Source: Candidatus Calditenuaceae archaeon JGI OTU-1
GTDB lineage: Archaea > Thermoproteota > Nitrososphaeria_A > Caldarchaeales > Calditenuaceae
Assembly (NCBI GenBank): GCA_000494145.1
Contig: AWOE01000007.1
Span: 28,247 to 34,701 of the forward strand
Length of the DNA stretch: 6,455 nucleotides
Direction: 5' to 3'
Each line of letters begins with the position of its first letter. Position 1 is the stretch's first letter. The notes under the pieces are model-generated. The model was not told the DNA's origin. It made no database searches and was given only the letters and a program-made list of their open reading frames with translations. The translations under genes were made by a program, and so were the position numbers. Positions 1 to 5,075 of this stretch are shown here, in pieces.

Positions 1-356
1 AGGGAGCCGCCGATGGTGCCCATGTTCCTGACCTGCATGTCGCCGATCCACTCGGCCGCGGCCGGCATAATGGGAACGACCTTCTTCAGAACGTCGGAGT
101 GCTCGATCTCGGCGTGCCTTGTGAGGGCCCCTATCCTCACGGTCTTCCCCGCCACCTTGATGTAGGCGAGCTTGGACCTGAGGTGCTTCAGGTCGACCAC
201 GACCTGAGGGTTGGAGAGCCTCAGCTTCATCAGCGGCACCAGGCTGTGACCGCCTGCGAGGACCTTCGCCTCACCCTTGTACTTCTTCAGTATCCTCACC
301 GCCTCCTGAAGCGTTCGCGGAGCCACATACTCGAACGAGCGTGGGATCAAGCGCAT
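1..356 (-). CDS. FAD-binding (medium) subunit of a molybdenum hydroxylase, CoxM/CutM / xanthine dehydrogenase FAD-subunit family. Only the N-terminal ~118 aa are present; the gene continues past the left window edge.
   Basis: My reverse-complement translation from the ATG at 356-354 gives MRLIPRSFEYVAPRTLQEAVRILKKYKGEAKVLAGGHSLVPLMKLRLSNPQVVVDLKHLRSKLAYIKVAGKTVRIGALTRHAEIEHSDVLKKVVPIMPAAAEWIGDMQVRNMGTIGGS. The IPxSFxY N-terminus and the AGGHSL and TIGGS motifs are typical of PF00941-type FAD-binding domains such as CoxM. GC3 is high. It is missing from the supplied ORF track because no stop lies inside the window. A TTG at 350-348 would give MIPRSFEY, the canonical CoxM N-terminus, so the start is uncertain by 2 codons. 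Confidence 0.8.
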   Translation of the reverse strand, partial: MRLIPRSFEYVAPRTLQEAVRILKKYKGEAKVLAGGHSLVPLMKLRLSNPQVVVDLKHLRSKLAYIKVAGKTVRIGALTRHAEIEHSDVLKKVVPIMPAAAEWIGDMQVRNMGTIGGS

Positions 357-377
357 CTCTGCCCTATTCTCACGGCT

Positions 378-390
378 CATAAGTTTTTCG
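378..390 (-). promoter_or_regulatory. Putative BRE/TATA element for the CoxM-like gene
   Basis: The minus strand reads cgAAAAACTTATGag. This matches the A-rich block plus TTA-core pattern seen upstream of other genes in the window. It lies about 26-32 nt upstream of the candidate start codons. Confidence 0.35.
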
Positions 391-425
391 TGGTAGCAGA
401 ACAGGCCCCGCGGATCGAACGACGG

Positions 426-440
426 CAAAACCGTTATTCA
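426..440 (+). promoter_or_regulatory. Putative BRE/TATA element for the mbf1-hflX transcript (leaderless)
   Basis: The sequence is CAAAACCGTTATTCA. The last C of the CAAAACC block is 32 nt upstream of ATG 464. That spacing and block are identical to the promoter at 3594-3607. Confidence 0.5.
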
Positions 441-463
441 TGACCGGGAGCGAGTAAGATCGC

Positions 464-841
464 ATGCAGCCTAGAGGGGCTCCGCAGAGGAGAAGCAGGG
501 CTGACAGGTACGCGGGGGTCGTCGAGCGGGTGGAGAGGTACGAGTTCGTGGAGGACCTCGGGAACGTCGTGAGGAAGGCGAGGGAGGCGAAGTTCCTCAC
601 GAGGGAGCAGCTGGCTGAGATGGTGGGCGAGAAGGTCTCGACGATCAGGAGGATCGAGAACGACGAGCTCAAGCCTTCCTTCGAGCTGGCCCGGAAGCTC
701 GAGAGGGTCCTGAAGGTGAAGCTCCTCGTCGAGGCGACGGACGAGGTCTTCGAGAGGGTCGTTACGAGGGCCCAGCGGAGGGGCCTGACGATAGGCGACG
801 TCCTCCGAGAGCAGTTGAAGAATGAGGACGCCGGGATCTGA
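464..841 (+). CDS. mbf1: Archaeal MBF1-type (multiprotein bridging factor 1) helix-turn-helix protein that lacks the usual N-terminal zinc ribbon
   Basis: The core FVEDLGNVVRKAREAKFLTREQLAEMVGEKVSTIRRIENDELKPSFELARKLERVLKVKLL is a Cro/C1-XRE HTH of the aMBF1 type. The C-terminal GLTIGDV resembles the conserved aMBF1 TLGD tail. The protein contains no cysteine. An in-frame TAA at 455-457 sits directly upstream, so no N-terminal extension is possible. Confidence 0.8.
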   Translation: MQPRGAPQRRSRADRYAGVVERVERYEFVEDLGNVVRKAREAKFLTREQLAEMVGEKVSTIRRIENDELKPSFELARKLERVLKVKLLVEATDEVFERVVTRAQRRGLTIGDVLREQLKNEDAGI

Positions 842-847
842 GGCGGG

Positions 848-2152
848 GTGGTGGGCTTAGCTCAGGGCAGGAGGGTCGCGATCGTCCACAGGTACTACCC
901 CTGGGAGAGCGAGAACCTGGACGAGCTCGAGGAGCTCTGCCGGACCGCCGGGTACGAGGTCGTCTACAGACTGGCCCAGCGCCGCTTCCCCCATCCCCTC
1001 TACAACATAGGGCCGTCGAAGCTCGGGGAGCTGAAGGAGGCCGTTCGGAGGCTCGGGATATCGAAGGTGATCTTCGAGAACGAGCTCAAGCCGGTGCAGG
1101 AGTACAACCTTGCGAAGGAGCTGAACGTCGAGGTCATCACGAGGGTCAGGCTGATACTCGAGATATTCGCGCTCCACGCCACCAGCCTCGAGGCCAACCT
1201 CCAGATCAAGCTGGCGGCTCTGAAGTACGAGCTGCCGAGGGCGAAGGAGAAGGTGAGGTTGGCGAAGCAGGGCGAGCAGCCCGGGTTCCACGGCCTCGGA
1301 GCCTACGAGGCGGACGTCTACTACGAGGAGGTGAAGAGGCAGATCCAGACTCTGACGAGGAAGCTGGAGGAGATCAAGCGGAGGAAGGCCTGGGAGACGA
1401 GGGCCCGCAGGAGCACGGGGATTCCGACCGTATCGCTGGCCGGTTACACGAACGCCGGCAAGTCGACGCTCTTCACCCGGCTGACGGGATCGCCGGCCGT
1501 CATATCGGACGCCATGTTCACCACGCTCTCAACGAAGAGGAGGACGACGCGGGTCAACGGAAGGCCGGTCAACCTCTCCGACACGGTCGGCTTCATCAGG
1601 AACGTCCCCACCCTCCTCATCTCCGCCTTCATGTCGACGCTGATGGAGATAGCAGAGTCCGACATGGTGTTGCTGGTGGTTGACGCGTCAGACCCTGTAG
1701 ACGAGGTGAGGAACAAGTTCGAGGTCTCGTACTCGACGCTGCACCAGATAGGCGCCGGCCACCTCCCCACCGTCGTGGCGCTCAACAAGATCGATCTGGT
1801 CAGCGGTGAGCACCTGAGGAGGGTCCTCGAGGAGGTCGACTTCAGGGGGCTGAGGGTCGTTCCTATCTCGGCCCAGCGCGGCGACGGGATACCGGAGCTG
1901 CTCGACGCGATAGAGGAGAACCTCCCGAGGTTGATGCGGCTCGAGTCGAGGCTGAGCTACGGCGATGGCCTCAGCTCCCTCATCGAGGAGCTCCACTCCA
2001 AGGGACGCGTGGAGGTGCTGGAATATTTCGAGGACTCGGTGCGCGTGGTGGCGGAGGCCCCACCGGAGCTGGCCGAGAAGGTGAGGAGCGTCTCCCTCAC
2101 CGGGTCCTTTAGGCTGATCGAGCAGGTGCAGCATACCCGCAGTCCCGGGTAG
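848..2152 (+). CDS. hflX: GTPase HflX (ribosome-associated GTP-binding protein)
   Basis: The 434-aa product has an HflX-type N-terminal domain (KVIFENELKPVQEYNLAKELNVEVITRVRLILEIFALHA) and a coiled linker. GTPase motifs are present: G1 GYTNAGKST, G3 DTVGF and G4 NKID. The start is GTG at 848 or 851, preceded by GAGG at 840-843. It lies only 7 nt after the mbf1 stop, so co-transcription is likely. Confidence 0.93.
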   Translation: MVGLAQGRRVAIVHRYYPWESENLDELEELCRTAGYEVVYRLAQRRFPHPLYNIGPSKLGELKEAVRRLGISKVIFENELKPVQEYNLAKELNVEVITRVRLILEIFALHATSLEANLQIKLAALKYELPRAKEKVRLAKQGEQPGFHGLGAYEADVYYEEVKRQIQTLTRKLEEIKRRKAWETRARRSTGIPTVSLAGYTNAGKSTLFTRLTGSPAVISDAMFTTLSTKRRTTRVNGRPVNLSDTVGFIRNVPTLLISAFMSTLMEIAESDMVLLVVDASDPVDEVRNKFEVSYSTLHQIGAGHLPTVVALNKIDLVSGEHLRRVLEEVDFRGLRVVPISAQRGDGIPELLDAIEENLPRLMRLESRLSYGDGLSSLIEELHSKGRVEVLEYFEDSVRVVAEAPPELAEKVRSVSLTGSFRLIEQVQHTRSPG

Positions 2153-2313
2153 CCGTCGCGGGGAGGACGGGCGCGGAGGCATTCGCGGTTCACCGTCATC
2201 GCATCTCTCGGCGACAGGCGCAGTTGAAGGACCGGAGGGGCACGCCCAGAAGAGAACTGGATGATGAAAGGCTTCAATCCTTCAGCGCGCCCCGTCGTCT
2301 ATCACGGATGGCG

Positions 2314-2330
2314 GGAAGAGGCTTAATTAG
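2314..2330 (+). promoter_or_regulatory. Putative BRE/TATA element for the L1 gene (leaderless)
   Basis: A purine-rich gggaagagg block is followed by cTTAATTAg. The first T (2323) is 31 nt upstream of ATG 2354. Confidence 0.5.
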
Positions 2331-2353
2331 ATCCGGGACGCCGGCCCTTGGGG

Positions 2354-3019
2354 ATGGCAGCAGTAGAGGCAGTTAGGGAAGCGATGAGGGAGGCACTCGC
2401 GAAGGGAAAGCAGAGGAAGTTCACGCAGTCGGTCGAGCTGGTGATCAACCTGAAGGACATCGACCTGAAGAAGCCCGAGAACAGGTTCACGGAGGTGATA
2501 GAGCTGCCGCACGGTCTAGGGTCCAAGGCGAGGAAGGTGGCCGTGATAGCGAGCGGCGCCCTGGCCGTCGAGGCCCGCAAGTCGCCGAACGTCGACCGGG
2601 TCTTCGAGCGCGAGGAGATCGAGGTGCTGATAGGAAACAAGAAGGCGGCGAAGAAGCTGGCGAGGCAGTTCGACTACTTCCTCGTCGACACGTCGCTGAT
2701 CTCGCTGGTGGCTAGGGCCCTAGGAGCAGCCCTCGGCTACATAGGAAAGGCGCCGGTCCCCGTCCCTGCGGGCGCGGACGTCAACGCCCTCGCATCGAGG
2801 TACAAGAGGAGCGTTACGGTGAGGGTCAGGAAGAACCCCCAGGCGAACTGCATCATAGGGACCGAGGAGATGAGCCCCGACCAGCTGGTGGAGAACGCCG
2901 TGACGGTTCTGAACAGGGTTGTGGAGAAGCTCCCTAAGAGGTGGGCCAACGTGAAGTCAGCCTACATCAAGAGGGCGATGGGCGAGCCGGTGGAGCTGAA
3001 GATCAGGGAGTCTGAGTGA
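2354..3019 (+). CDS. rpl1: 50S ribosomal protein L1 (uL1)
   Basis: The sequence MAAVEAVREAMREALAKGKQRKFTQSVELVINLKDIDLKKPENRFTEVIELPHGLG... is a typical archaeal L1. The ORF track begins at TTG 2348. ATG 2354 is preferred because of the promoter spacing. Confidence 0.93.
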   Translation: MAAVEAVREAMREALAKGKQRKFTQSVELVINLKDIDLKKPENRFTEVIELPHGLGSKARKVAVIASGALAVEARKSPNVDRVFEREEIEVLIGNKKAAKKLARQFDYFLVDTSLISLVARALGAALGYIGKAPVPVPAGADVNALASRYKRSVTVRVRKNPQANCIIGTEEMSPDQLVENAVTVLNRVVEKLPKRWANVKSAYIKRAMGEPVELKIRESE

Positions 3020-3500
3020 CCTCCGAGAGCAAGTGGTCGTAAACCCCCTCGTCGACTTCCCTCTGCACGGTCTTCGGGTCCTTGCCGTCCACCGTGACGC
3101 CCATGCTCACGCAGGTCCCCAGCACCGTTTTGACCGCTGCCTTCAGCGACTTGACCCTGAGGTGAGGCATCTTCAGCCTGGCAATCTTGACGACCTGCTC
3201 GAAGGTTACGTTGCCTGCGACCTGCGAACCCGCCTGGCCTGAGCCCTTCTCGATCCCGGCCTCTCGGGCTATCAGGGCAGCGACGGTCGGCACCCCGACC
3301 TCCACCTCGAAGGACTTGGTCTCGACGTCCACGACCACCTTCACGGGAACCCTCATCCCCCTGAACTCCTTCGTCAGCTCGTTGATCCTCTCGACGACGG
3401 AGAGGACGTTCAGGCCCAGCGGCGTGAGGGCCGGTCCTATCGGCGGGCCGGCTGTGGCCTTACCTCCCTCGACGTCGAACTTGAAGGTCCTCAGCGACAT
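3003..3500 (-). CDS. rpl11: 50S ribosomal protein L11 (uL11)
   Basis: MSLRTFKFDVEGGKATAGPPIGPALTPLGLNV...GTCVSMGVTVDGKDPKTVQREVDEGVYD matches archaeal L11 end to end. The 3' end overlaps the L1 3' end by 17 nt (3003-3019). Confidence 0.95.
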   Translation of the reverse strand: MSLRTFKFDVEGGKATAGPPIGPALTPLGLNVLSVVERINELTKEFRGMRVPVKVVVDVETKSFEVEVGVPTVAALIAREAGIEKGSGQAGSQVAGNVTFEQVVKIARLKMPHLRVKSLKAAVKTVLGTCVSMGVTVDGKDPKTVQREVDEGVYDHLLSEVTQTP

Positions 3501-3530
3501 GCCCCTTCCAGCCCCCTACCGTGACCTTTG

Positions 3531-3547
3531 AGATAAACCGAATTCGG
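3531..3547 (-). promoter_or_regulatory. Putative TATA box for L11, with a 10-bp palindrome at the BRE position
   Basis: The minus strand reads CCGAATTCGG-TTTATCT. The TATA-like TTTATCT starts 37 nt upstream of ATG 3500, which implies a short leader. The perfect palindrome ccgaattcgg occupies 3538-3547. Confidence 0.4.
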
Positions 3548-3593
3548 GCATGAGGGAGAAACGTGTTAGGTCGGCGCGCGCAGAGCGTTGACC

Positions 3594-3607
3594 CAAAACC
3601 TTTAACA
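3594..3607 (+). promoter_or_regulatory. Putative BRE/TATA element for the molybdoenzyme gene (leaderless)
   Basis: The sequence is CAAAACCTTTAACA. The last C of CAAAACC is 32 nt upstream of ATG 3632, the same geometry as at mbf1. Confidence 0.5.
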
Positions 3608-3631
3608 CCCGGACTGTGCAACGGTTCGCAG

Positions 3632-4249
3632 ATGGTCGAGGCGGTCGAAAAGACGCTGCCACCCCGTCAGAGGTACGTCAGGAAGTTCATCGTCTACGCG
3701 GCCCTCGGGATACCGCAGGTGAACCTCGAGACCTACAGGCTCAGGGTCACAGGCCTTGTCGAGAGGCCCCTCGAGTTCACTTACGAGGAGCTGCAGAGGC
3801 TCCCGATGAAGAGGTACGTCAGGGACGCGCACTGCGTCACGAAATGGTCGGTGAAGGACGTGGAGTGGGAGGGCGTGCCGATCAGGCACCTCGCTGAGCT
3901 GGCGGGCGTCAAGCCTGAGGCCAGGTGGGTCATGTTCTATTCCCTTGAGGGCTACTCGACGCCAGTCCCGATCGAGGACGCGCTGCACGAGGACGCCATC
4001 ATAGCGCTCCGCATGAACGGAGAGCCTCTGCCCCTCGAGAACGGCTTCCCGGCGAGGCCATTCATCCCCCACCTCTACCTCTGGAAGAGCGCGAAGTGGC
4101 TTACGGAGATCGAGTTCATGGCTTACTACGTCGACGGCTTCTGGGAGAGGCCCGAGAACGGAGCTTACCACGAGCGCGGCAACGTGTGGCTTGAGGAGAG
4201 GTTCAAGGGCATGGGAGGTCGCCACACCGAGCGAAGGCCTGTGCTCTGA
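3632..4249 (+). CDS. Small sulfite-oxidase-fold molybdopterin-binding oxidoreductase (YedY/MsrP-like catalytic domain only)
   Basis: Recognisable elements are LPPRQ, the [23 protein letters not shown] module and the candidate Mo-ligand cysteine in [34 protein letters not shown] and [21 protein letters not shown] also fit. These are hallmarks of the PF00174 oxidoreductase molybdopterin-binding domain. The ORF track starts at GTG 3563. ATG 3632 is preferred because the promoter-like element lies inside the 3563 extension. Confidence 0.85.
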   Translation: MVEAVEKTLPPRQRYVRKFIVYAALGIPQVNLETYRLRVTGLVERPLEFTYEELQRLPMKRYVRDAHCVTKWSVKDVEWEGVPIRHLAELAGVKPEARWVMFYSLEGYSTPVPIEDALHEDAIIALRMNGEPLPLENGFPARPFIPHLYLWKSAKWLTEIEFMAYYVDGFWERPENGAYHERGNVWLEERFKGMGGRHTERRPVL

Positions 4250-4297
4250 GGTCCGGGAAAGCCCAATTACCGAGCCCGTCGCTGTACCACGGGACCC

Positions 4298-4537
4298 ATG
4301 TCAGCACGTCCTCAACCGAAGAAGGTCAGGATACCCGACCACAAGCACTGCCCTGTCTGCGGGAGGTCGATGCCGGTCGATGCGGAGTTCTGCAGCGATC
4401 CCTGCAGGGCTATGAACGAGGAACGCCTCAGACGGGAGCGGAGGGCTAGGACGATAACGCTCGTCATCTATGCGATCATGATGGCCGTCCTCCTCCTGTT
4501 CCTTCTAGGTCCCTTCATGAGACCGCAAGCGGGCTGA
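4298..4537 (+). CDS. Small Zn-ribbon protein with a C-terminal transmembrane helix, DUF2116-like (archaeal, function unknown)
   Basis: HKHCPVCGRSMPVDAEFCSDPCRAMNEE gives a CxxC...CxxxC pattern. A basic stretch RLRRERRAR follows, then the hydrophobic helix ITLVIYAIMMAVLLLFLLGPF. The pattern matches my recollection of the DUF2116 family. Codon usage is typical for the window. Confidence 0.7.
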   Translation: MSARPQPKKVRIPDHKHCPVCGRSMPVDAEFCSDPCRAMNEERLRRERRARTITLVIYAIMMAVLLLFLLGPFMRPQAG

Positions 4538-4999
4538 AGCTCTGAGCGTTCCGATCCTCACCGCTGTTCCGGCAGCCAGCAGAACCGCCGCGAGGAGCAG
4601 CGCACCTCCAGCTAATACGTGGTCCGACAAGAGCAGCCCCAGCAAGGCGACCGAGGCCGAGGCGATGAGGCCGTAGGAGAGAGGTTTCCCGACCCTCGAC
4701 GCCTTCTCCGCGACCTCCGGATGACGGTGTTTCAGGTGGGATCCCCTCAGGACCGGGACGCAGGTGGAAAGGCACGCGTACCTCACCGCCACCCATTCGT
4801 CCAAGTCCAGCTCCTCGCCGCAGACGTCGCACCTCGGCACAGCACCGATCGCTCGTTGCGGGTTATATGCGTGGGGCTTCAACCAGTTCGAGTTTGGGCC
4901 ATCCCATCCGCTCACCGCGAATTGGCCAGAACTGCCGCTTTCTCCGAATTGCCGCGGAAATGCGGCTCGATATGGCGAAAATGAATGCGATTCATGCAT
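4505..4999 (-). CDS. Hypothetical Zn-finger membrane protein with a CxxC...CxxxxC plus His cluster and two predicted TM helices. The start is uncertain: ATG 4999 or GTG 4840.
   Basis: This is the C-terminal part of the 284-aa track ORF. The sequence RCDVCGEELDLDEWVAVRYACLSTCVPVLRGSHLKHRH is followed by hydrophobic segments LSYGLIASASVALLGLLLS and GGALLLAAVLLAAGTAV. Downstream of about 4860 the codons are GC3-rich like the rest of the window. The first ~55 codons after ATG 4999 use atypical codons (caa, cga, gaa, ttt). GTG 4840 would give MPRCDVCGEE..., about 111 aa. A promoter-like element at 5035-5050 faces this gene. I recognise no family. Confidence 0.5.
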   Translation of the reverse strand: MHESHSFSPYRAAFPRQFGESGSSGQFAVSGWDGPNSNWLKPHAYNPQRAIGAVPRCDVCGEELDLDEWVAVRYACLSTCVPVLRGSHLKHRHPEVAEKASRVGKPLSYGLIASASVALLGLLLSDHVLAGGALLLAAVLLAAGTAVRIGTLRASARLRSHEGT

Positions 5000-5034
5000 T
5001 ACTGCAAATTGAATGACTGCAAGGGAATACTTTC

Positions 5035-5050
5035 TGATAAGGTTTTTGGG
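5035..5050 (-). promoter_or_regulatory. Putative BRE/TATA element driving the minus-strand Zn-finger membrane protein gene
   Basis: The minus strand reads CCCAAAAACCTTATCA, very close to the CAAAACC+TTA elements at 426 and 3594. The predicted TSS is near 5009-5012, about 10 nt upstream of ATG 4999. Confidence 0.45.
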
Positions 5051-5065
5051 TTCGCCGGGAGATAC

Positions 5066-5075
5066 AGTAAAATAG
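5066..5075 (+). promoter_or_regulatory. Putative TATA box for the archaellin/pilin-like gene (leaderless at ATG 5100)
   Basis: The sequence is agTAAAATAg. The first T (5068) is 32 nt upstream of ATG 5100. ATG 5091 would lie upstream of the predicted TSS. Confidence 0.5.

Noticed and set aside
99-443. 114-aa plus-strand ORF from the track
   Set aside because: It lies antisense to the well-supported CoxM-like frame. Its composition is the Arg/His/Leu/Pro-rich type typical of shadow ORFs in GC-rich DNA, and it has no recognisable motifs.
370-672. 100-aa minus-strand ORF overlapping mbf1
   Set aside because: It is a Ser/Leu-rich shadow frame of the mbf1 gene and spans the divergent promoter region.
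857-2182. Four minus-strand ORFs (857-1291, 1000-1209, 1444-1788, 1688-2182)
   Set aside because: All lie antisense to HflX, whose identity is unambiguous. Their compositions are the low-complexity type of GC-rich antisense frames.
2261-2267. ATGATGA resembling a C box of a C/D-box sRNA, and the minus-strand ORF 1957-2277 that starts here
   Set aside because: No CUGA D or D' box occurs on the plus strand anywhere in the following ~75 nt, and there is no C' box. The minus ORF is mostly antisense to the hflX 3' end and looks non-coding.
3033-3531. Plus-strand ORFs 3033-3242 and 3187-3531
   Set aside because: They are antisense shadows of the L11 gene.
3563-3631. GTG-initiated 23-aa N-terminal extension of the molybdoenzyme containing RR (MLGRRAQSV...), considered as a possible Tat signal
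   Set aside because: No hydrophobic h-region or AxA-type cleavage site follows the RR. In addition, the promoter-like CAAAACCTTTAACA box lies inside this extension, at the standard distance from ATG 3632.
3602-4225. 207-aa minus-strand ORF and plus-strand ORF 3616-3897
   Set aside because: Both overlap the molybdoenzyme frame, which carries clear family motifs. Both are Arg/Leu/Pro-rich shadow frames.
4515-5012. ORFs 4515-4832 (-), 4619-4984 (+) and 4764-5012 (+)
   Set aside because: These are alternative frames over the Zn-finger membrane gene. Their Arg/Gly/Pro-rich or Ser-rich translations have no motifs, and the chosen frame is the only one with Zn-ligand spacing plus hydrophobic helices.
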